Source: Octopus sinensis (taxonomy: Eukaryota). Taken from it: a DNA stretch of 36,475 nt. The stretch lies in contig NW_021824676.1 in assembly GCF_006345805.1 (NCBI RefSeq), positions 1 to 36,475 on the forward strand, read 5' to 3'. Each line of letters begins with the position of its first letter. Within the stretch, counting starts at the first letter, position 1. Shown here one piece after another: positions 9,640 through 22,000 of the stretch. The translations under genes and the position numbers were made by a program. The notes beneath the pieces were generated by a model. That model searched no databases, was not told where the DNA came from, and saw only the letters and a program-made list of their open reading frames with translations.

Positions 9640-9798
9640 ATCAGCACCCGGCTGGGGTTAACGATAGTGAATAGACTGACAAAACGTAAAATGAACTGCT
9701 TTTCCGTGGACAGCATACACGACTCGTCCAGGAATTGAACCCATAACCTTTTGATTATAAGCCGAACACCCAAATCACTAGTCGAAGCGCCTTCACAA
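9640..9798 (-). mobile_element. Old tRNA-derived SINE (family D-like)
   Basis: Minus head GAAGGCGCTTCGACTAGTG...GGGTTCAATTCC; degenerate. Confidence 0.55.
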
Positions 9799-10756
9799 GT
9801 TATCACATGGTTTATCTAGCCTGAAATGTTGCTATTGTATAATTCTTATCTCCAGATCAAAGACGTTCTAGTTGTGATCATCCCGTCGATTTTTCTTAAG
9901 CAGGTTTACATTTTCTAGTGTCTTCCTTTTTTTTTAAAGATTGTAAGTTAGGGTTAGGATTAGGGCTCATTTGAAGTAATTCGACCCATGATCATAGATG
10001 CATGGTTAGATTTTCATTCTACAAAACACAATGTGTCTCGGATCCCATTATCTAATGTGTCCTATCATTTATTTAAAACGCCCAACCGTTACTAGAATGA
10101 GATTTGACTGTTATTTCTGGCAGGCTAAGTGACTGCATAGAAGCTCTTTTTTTTTTCTTCATGCATAGGTTTTTGACTGAATGGACTTGATATATAAGCT
10201 GAAACAACGTATTGTGACTATAAAATTTATTTTACACAAGAAACAGAGTAAAGATCTGAATATTTTTATAGAGATCTTATCTAGCTTTTATCGATTATCT
10301 CTACAACTGAATGGGTTAAAAAGCAATTTACGCATGAAATTTTTGTGATAACCCAATGTTCTTTCAAATCTAGACACGTATGAGAGCTTAGGTTGGAGAC
10401 CATACGCACAAAGATAATTAGGGGAAATAGTAAAACAGATTTGTTTGAAGCAGGTGTATACTTCGTTAGCTTAGAGCAAAATACCAAGAAATATATTTAC
10501 AAAGATGCATCGTAGTTAAAATTTACAAGATGTAATTATGATGTAGTTATAGCATTATTCAATTAGACGCCCACATCAAAATATTATAATGATGAATCTG
10601 AGTAAGAAATCACGGCAAAATAAATATCACGTGTTTACTTATGACGGTTTATGATCCATTTAAATCCATTCTTTTTGTGGCTGGATTAACTCTGCAGTTA
10701 ATTCCGCTATTGCTTGATGAAATTTATAAGTACTAGTAATATTACAAGGGTCTGAT

Positions 10757-10960
10757 GTGGCGAGCTGGCAGAATCGTTAGTACGCTGGGCAAAATACTTA
10801 CCGACATCTCGTCCGTCTTCGCGTTCTGAGCTCAAATTCCACCGCGGTCGACGTTGCCTTTCATTCTACGAGTTCGACGAAATAAGTTCCAGTTGAGTAC
10901 TGGAGTCGATGTAATTGACTTACCCCTCCCCCTAAATTGCTGGCCTTGTGCCAAAATCTG
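10757..10960 (+). mobile_element. tRNA-derived SINE, family B
   Basis: TGGCGAGCTGGCAGAATCGTTAG...GAGCTCAAATTCC...GCCTTTCATTC...CCCTAAATTGCTGGCCTTGTGCC. Confidence 0.9.
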
Positions 10961-11095
10961 AAATGGATATTACAAGAGCTGATTTATTCGACTATTCTAT
11001 TCTTTGCTAATACTGTTAGAAATAGCAAATAAATCTTCATTAAATCACAAAATCTTCTGGAATCACTTCACTATCTTAATCCACTGCCTCTCGAA

Positions 11096-11587
11096 GAAGG
11101 GTCACCAAACTTTTTCACGGCCTTATAACCATTTTGTTCAATACAATGCAGGGAATAAACAAAAAAATAAAGACAACCAACATATTTATTTACCAAAAAG
11201 TTATTAAAGAAGGCGATGTTAGAAATATGTTATATCACACCCACTGCGCACATATCCGAATCTCACAAACTAAGCATTAAAAATGGTTAGTGAGATTTGT
11301 GAAACTGGTGTTTAGCTTTTAAGATTTCATCAATATTTGCTTTGGAATTGCTGCATATAACCAAGGATTTGCTTTCAGTCAACCTGTTTCGATGTGCTGG
11401 CTTCACATCCTTCATTTTTGAAAATGTTTGCTCACAGACATAAGTTGTTCCAAATACTGATGCCATACTAGAGGCAAATAAACTCTCATTGCAGGTGCTT
11501 ACACAAAAGGTACAGTGCAGTGGCGGACCGAATTAACTGACCGTGCAGGCCGGATCCGGTCCGCGGGCAGTAGTTCGGTGACCCCTG
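11096..11587 (-). mobile_element. hAT (Charlie-group) deletion derivative
   Basis: TIRs GAAGGGTCACCAAACT / AGTTCGGTGACCCCTG; 8-bp TSD CTCTCGAA (11088-95) vs CTCTAGAA (11588-95), fitting the Charlie NTCTAGAN target; transposase C-terminus inside. Confidence 0.92.
11287..11520 (-). pseudogene. hAT transposase C-terminal dimerisation-domain remnant
   Basis: Open frame ...SMASVFGTTYVCEQTFSKMKDVKPAHRNRLTESKSLVICSNSKANIDEILKAKHQFHKSH*; matches the FGSTY.CEQ.FS.MK..K...R.RLT motif of Charlie/SPIN/GTF2IRD2-type transposases. Confidence 0.9.
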
Positions 11588-12070
11588 CTCTAGAATAAGG
11601 ATTTTAAAATCCACTTTATAACAGTTTTTTTTTTTATTTGTTTAGAAAATAATCGCCACACTCCTTCTTAAAATGCTTCACAAAATTGAGGCTAAGTTTG
11701 GGTTAGGACAAAGGATATGGACAAAGGTTAGGACAAAGGATATGGCTGAAACATACTATCGACCATGAATTCTGATAAATATTGATTTTTATAAAGGTGA
11801 AAATACGAACAAAAATGTTTAACCTTGAGTGGCCACTGTAAAACCAGTTCCCTAAGTTTTGGCAGTAAAAAACATTCTCCTCCTTAGCCCCGCCATCACT
11901 TAAGGGCTCTAAGAGGAGAAAGCTGTTTCAGTGCGCCTTCCACCCTGTTGGATGAAGAAGGGGCATTTTGAATAAGGAATTTGTTATGGCCATAAAATAG
12001 CGATATGGTCAAGGCTTCTTTCCACCCTTGACCGCATCGCTCCGTTAGGGATAACCTGGGCTAGAATATT

Positions 12071-12330
12071 CAGGTATCATTGCATTACGGCCGTTTCAAG
12101 CGGCTCCATTTAATCGATCAAAATTATAGTAGGTTTTAGGGATTTTTCCTTAAATTCATTCTGCTACAATAACAGCATAACGAAGTAATGTATTTTAAGG
12201 AGTATCCTGTATGTTAGAAATCTATATGGTCATTTCACCCGAGGAGAGCGGTTTGCTTCAAATTGATGTAATGTTTGCATTGGTCGATTAAATGGAGCCA
12301 CTTGAAACTACCATAATGCAATGCTACCTG
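12071..12330. mobile_element. MITE with 51-bp TIRs
   Basis: 12071-12121 vs 12280-12330 are reverse-complementary with about 6 mismatches; no clear TSD. Confidence 0.85.
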
Positions 12331-12384
12331 GACAAACATGTTATTTATTTATTTGCTTTATATATATGTGTGGGGGGTGATGTT

Positions 12385-12580
12385 GTATCTTATCCCCGAC
12401 GACCACTTCACAACTGGTACTGGTTTCTTTACACCTCCATTACCTAGCGGTTCGGCAAAAGTAAATGATAGAATAAGCACCAGCCTTTCAAAAAAGTTAA
12501 GTTCTAGGGTTACTTTTCTCGACTAACCTCTCGAAGGTGGTGTCCCAAGATGACTCCCAATCCAATGACAGAAACAAGTA
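12385..12580 (+). mobile_element. Diverged family A SINE 3' half
   Basis: TAGCGGTTCGGCAAAA...GATAGAATAAGCAC...AATGACAGAAACAAGTA. Confidence 0.7.
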
Positions 12581-13151
12581 TGAAAAAAAATTAAATTCAA
12601 TGGTTTTCTTCACTTAAAAGACAGGAAATACAGCCAAAGTATATATAAATGACCGTTTCCCAAGAACTGCCGTCCATACCGTAACACGAAAGGACAATAC
12701 TATAATATGAAAATATGTACCAGTCATGGGCCGGTTAATTTAACTGCTATTTGTGGGGAGATGGGGTGGTTAAGCAAATATAAGTAAATTGGAAGCAAAA
12801 ATCGGATGAGTGTCGAAAAATTATTCTGTTGGCGGTGTTAAATTAGATTTATTTATATTTTGAATTGAAATCCCGTCGTGGTCTGGTTTTTCTTTCATCC
12901 GCTGCGGGAATCGAAGACTAAATACTTGGAACAAATACAGTAATTGATTACCGAATCGAATCTAACCTAATCGAAACATACGTTCCATCTCTGCCTCTGA
13001 TGTAATAAATCACTTTTATGCTAATGACTGAAATCGATGAAACGTAAGAAATCAATATTGTAGCACTCTTAGTTAATACTTAAGCATTTTGTGTATTACG
13101 GGTATATGTGTGTGTATATATACGGGTATATGTGCGTAAGTGTATAGATGG

Positions 13152-13152
13152 C

Positions 13153-13225
<73 letters not shown>

Positions 13226-13262
13226 GGATGGATGGATGGATGGATGGATGGATGGATGGATG

Positions 13263-13301
<39 letters not shown>

Positions 13302-13311
13302 TGATTGATAG

Positions 13312-13345
<34 letters not shown>
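13152..13345. repeat. Compound (GATA)n(GGAT)n(GATA)n(GA)n microsatellite
   Basis: Direct reading. Confidence 0.97.
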
Positions 13346-13512
13346 AGTAAAAGGACGCACATATATAAACATATATATATTTATATATATATGTAAATGG
13401 ATGTATGCATGCGTGTATGTATTTATATATATAAGTGTGTATATATGTGTATATATAATATATACACATACACGCATAAACACAAATATATATACATATG
13501 TGTACATATATT

Positions 13513-13945
<433 letters not shown>

Positions 13946-14360
13946 AAGACAAATGACGAGACATATATACAAATATATGTACACACACACACACACACAA
14001 TGGACTAAATCAAAAGTATAGCTGAGTAGTTAAAATGTTCGGTGCGCAATAATGTGATCGAAGGTTCAATCCAGAGCTGGATACGTATCGTTTATCGTTA
14101 CCTCGGGTTGTCACAAATTTGAGAGTGAAATTCCGATTGGATAAACAGATGTAGAGTGCAAGTCCACTTGGAATTCATTGCGGAAAAGTCATTTTACTAT
14201 TACGTTAAATCTAGACGTGCCTGAGGAATACTCGGCCATTTATAGTATAATTATACGACTCAGTAGTTCACTGCATCGAACAAGTGAAACGCTTGTAATA
14301 GAAATAGCCGGAGAATCAATTGATATAACGTTCATATGTGTGTATGGTGGGGTGCCTGTG

Positions 14361-14408
<48 letters not shown>

Positions 14409-15520
14409 TATATATAGATAAGTTTTTATAAATATATGCTTTTATTTATATATATATATATGAATATATATAAGCATATATGTGTATATGCATATATATA
14501 TGTATGTTTGTGTGTATATATATACATATACATACATACATCCATACATATATTCATACACATAAATATACTTACATATATATATATATATTATATTTAT
14601 ACACGTATATACATATATATATATGTGTGTGTGTGTATGCATATATGTATAAATGTATATACGTATATGCATTCATTCATATACATACATATGTATACAT
14701 GTACATGTTTATTAATTATTATATACCTATATATATGTAGATGTGTGGGTTGTAGAACAAAGGTCTATGTATATATATTTATATACATAAATATGCATGC
14801 ATGTATGTGTGTGTGTATGTATGTATGTATGTATGTATGTATGTATGTATGTATGTATGTATGTATGAATGTTAACGGTGGGGTGACAGAGGTCAGACCA
14901 GCGTTTCCTCGAACTTCTGTGTGATTACGATTATCGTTATTAATTCATTACACAGTGCAGAACCGATACCAAATTTAAAATCAATAAACCTATCGAAAAG
15001 TTTTGAGTTCAAAAGAATACTGATAATATTTATTGATGTGCTGCAAAGCTTGTGTACAAATTAAATAAGTTTAGATATGTTGACCGGACACATAACGCAT
15101 TATTACATGAAGACGGATGAGAATATAAAAAAAAAAAAACGATGTGTTTGGGGTGTTTCAACTTTCCACTATACATATATGAACAATGTTACTAATTATT
15201 TAATACAAGACTTAAAAAGAGTTCCAATGCGAAATTAAAATCACTGGTACACTGATTGGCTTTGTATGAGGTTATTGTCGCTTCTTTATTTTAAAACTTG
15301 TTGTTTGAATACATATAAAACTTCTTTGAATTTATATTTGTGTTGTGAGAAAATGAGTATATATATATGTATGTGTGAGTATATATCTATATATATATAT
15401 AATATATATGTATATGTTCTATGTATCCATGTATGTGTGTATATACTATATAGATATATATATATATATATATGTGTGTATATACATATATATATATATA
15501 CTCTTATTACTCTTATATAA

Positions 15521-15555
<35 letters not shown>

Positions 15556-15649
15556 GATATTATATATATATTATATATATATCCCTTTTTATATATATGT
15601 ATATAAATATATATATAATATATATATAAATATTATATATATATTATCT

Positions 15650-16044
15650 CTTTTACTTGTTTCGGTAATTTGACTGCGGTCATGCTGGAGCACCGACTTT
15701 AGTCGAACAAATCGACCCCAGGACTTACTCTTTGTAAGCCTAGTACTTATTCTATCAGACTCTTTTGCCGAACCGTTAAGTTATGGGGACGTAAACACAC
15801 CAGCGTCGGTTGTCAAGTGATGGCGAGGAAACAAACACACCCACCCAGATTAATACTTATAATATATATATTTATATACCACAGGCTTCTTTCAGTTTCC
15901 ATCTGCCAAACCCATTCACAAGGCTTTGGTCGGTCCGAGGGTATAGTAGAAGACACTTGCCTTAGGTGCCACGTAGTGAGACTGAAACTGGGAACATGTG
16001 GTTGGGAGGTAAGCTACTTACCACACAGCCACGCCTGCACCTAT
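15650..16044 (-). mobile_element. Family A SINE (full length)
   Basis: Colinear with 6587-6985. Confidence 0.95.
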
Positions 16045-16097
16045 TAGAATATATAATATTATATATATATATATATACATACATTCTTTTATATTCT

Positions 16098-16145
16098 ATT
16101 ACTTGTTTCAGTTATTTGACTGCGGCCATGCTGGAGCATCGCCTT
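16098..16145 (-). mobile_element. Family A SINE tail fragment
   Basis: ACTTGTTTCAGTTATTTGACTGCGGCCATGCTGGAGCATCGCCTT, broken off at a fold-back junction. Confidence 0.85.
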
Positions 16146-16241
16146 ATGATGGATATGTATAGTGATTAACACTATACATTAATCACTATACATATTCATC
16201 ATTTTCTGTTAAAATGTCTTATTGACGACTTTCATTTCTTC

Positions 16242-16316
16242 ACTTCCCTGAAGAGAAGATTACATTGGTTTACACCGGTTTATACCTGTGATATCTTCGA
16301 AACATGTCTCGGAAGT
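16242..16316 (+). ncRNA. Type I hammerhead relic with a 2-nt insertion at the cleavage site
   Basis: ACTTCC-CTGAAGA-GAAGAT[...]ATCTTC-GAA-ACATGT-C-[TC]-GGAAGT: 6-bp stems I and II, palindromic stem III, GUC. Confidence 0.7.
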
Positions 16317-17401
16317 AAAAGAATTAGAATAACACCTGCGTTAAACTCCATTTATTTATTTATATATATTATACAAAAAATTTCACGTAAACTCACGTTA
16401 CAACCTTTTTACTTGTGTGATTTTTTGCTAGCCTGATTTTATCTATTTTTTCCGTGTTAATTGCTAACAAGGGAAAAATACACACATCTATTTAAATATT
16501 ATATATATATATATATAGTAAACAAAGAAATGGATATCTCAAATTATTACTACATGCGTTTCGCTAGCGTGGTTATTTATTGTAAAGGGGAAATATATTA
16601 CATAACATTAATAAAATCCTCGTTTTTATACAACCACCCCATTTCTGTGTGTGATATTCAGCTTCCGTTCATATATAATGTGTTTTGGTATTTAAGAAGG
16701 GTTTCTTTTTTTTATTCCTGAGTTCAGAACACGTGAAGGCCAATTTTGCTTTTCGTCCCTCCGGGCTTGATAAAATAAATATCCTAGTATCAATTAAACC
16801 CCTTTCCATAAATATCAGATTTTGTGCTTATATTAGAAACAATTATTATTTAAATTATTGCTGCAGTTGTCGAGTGTGATTTTAGAGTGCAGACATACTC
16901 TCCAAAATTTAGGAAACATCGATAAGTGATATTGAATGGAAATGTTTCTTGTGTCGGGTTATTTTTCGAACAGTGAACATCAGATCATCAGCACATCTCC
17001 CTCAGTACTGGAATATTAAGGAAGCTGTATCAACAGAAGGTTGTTTGTAGACGTATTTATTTCATTTATTATAATTCTTTTGTGTTTGCAATAATTTTCA
17101 ATATAGTTTTCTCTGCCAGAGGAGCTATAAGAGAGTTAGTGGCATGAAAGGAACAGCTTTGAATACAACCATTTAGGAAATAACAATATATCAAACTTTT
17201 GACATACAAAAGCGAATTAAAAAAAAGATAAACAAAAATGGAATTTTAAAAATAAATACAGAGACATTGTCAATGAAATAAACAATACACTTGCAAATAG
17301 TCAAATTTGATGTCTAGACATGCAAATTTGCCCAGTATAAACAAAAACATCAACGTGCACAAATACATGTAGTTATTGTCAAATTGGTTTCATATTTTGG
17401 C

Positions 17402-18012
17402 ATAAGGCCAGCAATTTTGGCGAGAGGAGCTAGTCTCTTAACTCGATCCCAGTGCTCAATTGGTACATATTTTTTTTCAACCACAAAAGGATGAAAGGCA
17501 AAAATCAACCTCGGTGGAATACGAACTCAGAACGTAAAGACGGACGACATGCCGCAAAGCAGTTTTCCTTGATGTGCTAACGATTCGGCCAGGTCACTGC
17601 CTTGACAGTTATTCTTTTCTACTCTAGGCACAAAGCCCGAAATTTTGGGGGAAGGGGACCAGTCGATTAGATCGACCCCAGTACGCAACTGGTACTTAAT
17701 TTATTGACCCCAAAAGGATGAAAGGCAAAATCAACCTTGGTGGAATTTGAACTCAGAACGTAAAGACGGACGAAATACCTATTTCTTTATTACCCTCAAG
17801 GGGCTAAACATAGAAGGGACAAACAATGACAGACATAGGTATTAAGTCGATTACATCGACCCCAGTGCGTAACTGGTACTTAATTTATCGACCCCGAAAG
17901 GATGAAAGGCAAAATCAACCTTGGTGGAATTTGAACTCAGAACGTAAAGACGGACGAAATACCGCTAAGCGGTTTTCCTCGATGCGCTAACGATTCAGCC
18001 AGGCCTCTGCCT
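17402..18012 (-). mobile_element. Tandem cluster of three family B SINE segments
   Basis: Core CTGGTACTTAATTTATCGACCCC...ACTCAGAACGTAAAGACGGACGA is repeated three times; GACAGTTATT occurs at 17604-13 and 18014-23. Confidence 0.9.
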
Positions 18013-18741
18013 TGACAGTTATTAACAAATTCTGAAAATTATGAAGGTTTTAGCTTTTCTCATGCTGTCATAAACAAGCAAGTAACTGACAAACAAAACC
18101 TTGTAACAAAGAAAGGCCCGTCTTTGCCGGAGTACAATATTCAAGAGAGAAGAGATGAAGTCACCGATCCAATATTATCAATATCAGAATAGGATTTCTC
18201 ATTGACTCAGAAAAGCAATTAGAGATGGCACTGGTGAATGTAGACATATATCCTTGTATGTGCGTATGTGTTGTATGTGTTATATGTATGTATGTAAGTA
18301 CGTATGGCTGTTTGTAAGCATAGCTTATAAATATTTAATAAATACATTCACTCTCTGTAACATACTGAATACGTTCCTTTAGATGTGATTCTCTACGTTT
18401 TTATAAACGAGAACATCAACAATTTTTCATATACACACAAACAGATTCTGGTGTCAGATTTGCAAGATAAATAATGTTTTATGCGGTTCAAACTTTATCT
18501 AATATAGAACACAAAACACTGAGTTGTGTGGATAGATATGTGCATTATATCTAAAAAGTCGATGAACAGTTTCAAACCATGCTAGATTGCTTTAACACTT
18601 AATTCATCTTTTGCAACGTTGTTGTGAAGGTGTGCGCGGTAGTGAGAGCTTTATATGTGTGTGTATATATATATATAATAAACACAGAGAGATGGGGAGA
18701 TAACTATACATATATACTATAATTGCGTGAACACACATAAT

Positions 18742-19022
18742 CCCTTTCGCCCCTTGTGGAGCATAGGGCCGGTTTTCCGGTTTCCTTGGGGTATAGGTTC
18801 CCCACCTGGACAGGACGCCAGTCCGCCACAGGTGAGCTGCAAAATGCAGGAGGAAAGAGTGAGAGAAACTTGTGACGAAAGAGTCAGCAGAAGTTAGCCA
18901 TTACCTTCTGCCGGTATTGTAGCCGCGTGGAGCTTAGGTGTTTCGCTCATAAACACACACATCGCCCTGTCTGAGATTCGAACCCGCGATCCCTCTGCTC
19001 TAACCACTAAGCCATGCGCCTC
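18742..19022 (-). mobile_element. tRNA-derived SINE, family C
   Basis: Minus head GAGGCGCATGGCTTAGTGG (A box)...GGTTCGAATCTC (B box); colinear with 28156-28455. Confidence 0.85.
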
Positions 19023-19042
19023 ACACACACACACACACACAC

Positions 19043-19080
<38 letters not shown>

Positions 19081-19176
19081 ATAACAAGGGGTAAAATTAA
19101 TTAATAAGAAGTAATCAGTAATTTCACCAAGCAGAATTCGGCATAAAAAAGACCATTTCATGGTAAGCTTAAGTAA

Positions 19177-19271
19177 TACTTTATAATTAGGGTTCAGCAA
19201 AGATTTTTTGACTGCTATTCTAAACTTCGGTATGTGGCGAAGCAAATCTTTGCTGAACCCTAATTATAAAG

Positions 19272-19273
<2 letters not shown>
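19177..19273. mobile_element. Tiny TA-flanked MITE with perfect inverted arms
   Basis: 19176-19206 is the exact reverse complement of 19244-19274; TA|CTTTATAATTAGGG...CCCTAATTATAAAG|TA. Confidence 0.8.
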
Positions 19274-19302
<29 letters not shown>

Positions 19303-19703
19303 AGATATATATATATATATATAACATACGTATACGTATATACGTATATATACATATATGTATATATATCTGTATCTGTGTTTGGTGTGTGTGTGTGTGG
19401 TACGAAATACTTATCAAAGGTGTTTCCACCACAATCACTGTAAAAAAAACTTATTCACACAGTCCTGCAATGTTTGTGCCATAAACGCTAGAACGAACGA
19501 ACGGACGAACAAACGAAATTTTTCAGATAAAGGTTTAAAAAGAATGAACAGTAATAGGTAATAGACGAAAGCACAAAAAAAATACACAAAAACAATATTA
19601 AATCGATTATTTACAACAATGAACAAGTATATCGGAAGAAATCACTTCTGTCTTTGACGATGTAATCGATTTTTTTTTGTTGGGACATTTTGCGATTTTC
19701 CAT

Positions 19704-19735
<32 letters not shown>

Positions 19736-19750
19736 ATCACGTGAAGAAAC

Positions 19751-20120
19751 GTTGCCATAGTGGCTGAGTGGTAAGTAGCTTGCTTCCCGACCACATAGCT
19801 CCGGGTTCAGTCCCCCTGCGTGGCACCTTGGTCAAGTGTCTTCTACTACAGCCTCGGGCCGATTAAAGCCTTGTCAGTGGATTTGGTAGTCGGAAACTGA
19901 AAGAAGCCCGTCGTATATATATATTTTTGCATGTCTGTATTTGTCCCCTACCATCGCTTCACAACCATTGTTGGTGTGTTTACGTCCCCGTAACTTAGCG
20001 GTTCGGCAAAAAGAGACCGATAGAAAAAGTAATAAGCTTTACAAAGAATAAATCCTAGGGTCGATTTGTTCGACTAAAGGCGGTACTCCAGCATGGCCGC
20101 AGTCAAATGACTGAAACAAA
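19751..20120 (+). mobile_element. Family A SINE (full length, sense)
   Basis: TGGCTGAGTGG A box, GGTTCAGTCC B box, tail GCATGGCCGCAGTCAAATGACTGAAACAA. Confidence 0.95.
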
Positions 20121-20276
20121 CATGAGAAAAAATATGTTGATGGCAGCTTTTAGATGATGGTCCACTTGTTGTAATCGATGCTTTATGAATAAGATTATTA
20201 TCATTATAATTATCATTATCCACTTTTCACTTGAGAAGGAAATTGAGAAGGAAATGCAGTCCAGGACTGAGTTGGG

Positions 20277-20454
20277 TTTTTTTTCTACTCTGGGCACAAG
20301 GCCCGAAATTTTGGTGGGAGAGAACCAGTCGATTAGATCGACCCCAGTACGCAACTGGTACTTAATTTATCAACTCTGAAAGGATGAAAGGCAAAGTCAA
20401 CCTCGACGGAATTTGAACTCAGGACGTAAAGACAGCCGAAATACCGCTAAGCAT
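20277..20454 (-). mobile_element. Family B SINE (head-truncated)
   Basis: Matches 3497-3700. Confidence 0.9.
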
Positions 20455-20473
20455 GTCGTTGTTTTTATTAGTA

Positions 20474-20525
<52 letters not shown>

Positions 20526-21160
20526 CATTATTATTATTATCATTATTATTATTATTACATCATCATCACCATCTTCATCATCATCATTATTATTATCATT
20601 AATGAATTTCGCTATCGTAATATGAAGAGGTCCTTTGGATTTTCTTTTCAAAACATGCTTTATTCAAATGAAATTTTCTTTGGAGTACTTGTGAAAAGAA
20701 CTATAATTGCCTAAGGAAGGCTTGCACTCGATGCCAGCGGATAGACAGAAGGAAAAAATGTCCTCTTCACAAACTTTCAAAAATTTTATTTACACACTCT
20801 ACGTTTTCTCTTCCAAAATGGCTGCTATCACACGGAATTATATTTTACCACAAAACACTATACTGGCGAAAAACTGCAACACCAAATCGAAACGCACAAC
20901 CAAATGTTCTTGACGTTACTGCAATTGTCTTCTAAGTTACTTACTTGAGTATTTGGAACATAAGAGTGGTGCTTATTCTATCGTTCTTTTTAGCCGAACT
21001 GCTAGTTACGGGAATACAAACACACCAACACTGATTATCAAGTAATGGTCAGAGAAAACAGAACGCACGTACACACGCGCGCGCGTACGCACAAATACAC
21101 ATACATACACACGTGTACACTCACACACACTCCATATATATATATATGTATATATACATA

Positions 21161-21440
21161 CAGTGTTGCACAAAATAATGGAAACACCTCGTATCATAGC
21201 ATCTTAATTTTGAAATATCTATAAAACCGTCAAAAGCTTGTTTGTTTTCATGTCTTTTGATTTATTAGTGTTGCTTAATATGTTTCCTAAAATTGCTGTT
21301 TCTTTTCAGATATCATCAGAAAAGCAGGTAATTAAAATTCATTAAAATGACAGATCTATCGAACTTTCAAATTCTTGGTGCTCGTAATGGCAGCGCTAGC
21401 GTAACTAAAACAGCTAAATGTTTGATGTATCAAGAAGTGC
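21161..21440 (+). mobile_element. Tc1/mariner 5' fragment (left TIR plus transposase N-terminus)
   Basis: TA|CAGTGTTGCACAAAATAATGGAAACACC TIR. ATG at 21347 gives MTDLSNFQILGARNGSASVTKTAKCL, like the Tc1 'M.DLS.F(ERGQ)I.GAR..GASVTKTA' HTH start; cut off by (TA)n. Confidence 0.85.
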
Positions 21441-21477
21441 ATATAAATGTATATGTATATATATATATTATAACATA

Positions 21478-21508
<31 letters not shown>

Positions 21509-21509
21509 G

Positions 21510-21542
<33 letters not shown>

Positions 21543-21566
21543 ATATATTATAAAATAATAATAATA

Positions 21567-21599
<33 letters not shown>

Positions 21600-21602
<3 letters not shown>

Positions 21603-21775
21603 TATTAAGGTAACAAAGACGAAAACAGTCTATCTGCTTGAAGTGTCGAAACCTTCCCAAAACTACCAAAAACTCCAGATAAATATACGCATGGCTGAAA
21701 GCGAGCTAGTGAAATAATATTAAAAAGATTTTACATTAATTATGAATTGGTTCCAATTTCTGGATTAAAGCCATA
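21600..21775 (+). repeat. Partial diverged copy of the 22001-22511 foldback family
   Basis: GTGTCGAAACCTTCC...CTCCAGATAAATATACGCATGGCTGAAAG matches 22163-22280. Confidence 0.75.
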
Positions 21776-22000
21776 AACAAGATTTCTTCCTTCGTCAACA
21801 CAACACACGGAAATATAAATCCAAATAATTGTACATACCGTACAAAGCAGGTTCGCACGTCTACATACAAATATTTGCACGTATACATCCAAGATAAGTC
21901 AATTTTAGATCCTCTCACGACATCCACGTATATATTATAAGAATAGCCAAGCAGTAAATGCTATTCTCGTCAGGAGTAAAAATAATTAAATTATTTTACT

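Noticed and set aside
9947-9967. TTAGGG-like repeats (also GGTTAGG near 11701-11730)
   Set aside because: Too short and degenerate to call interstitial telomere sequence.
16974-17039. 66-nt phase-1 open candidate exon (NIRSSAHLPQYWNIKEAVSTE)
   Set aside because: Weak donor (GTTGTT) and no homology recognised.
18019-18192. 57-codon open frame without ATG (..KKGPSLPEYNIQERRDEVTDPILSISE*)
   Set aside because: The acceptor would come from a SINE flank; no recognisable family.
20800-20913. CAAAATGGCTGC (YY1/Kozak-like) start of a short ORF; similarly an ETS-like ACTTCCGG near 28907
   Set aside because: Single short motifs are expected by chance and there is no other promoter evidence.
21941-21973. 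CTGACGA plus a 7-bp stem (GAATAGC/GCTATTC) on minus
   Set aside because: GAAA and the 3' half are missing; at best a truncated relic.
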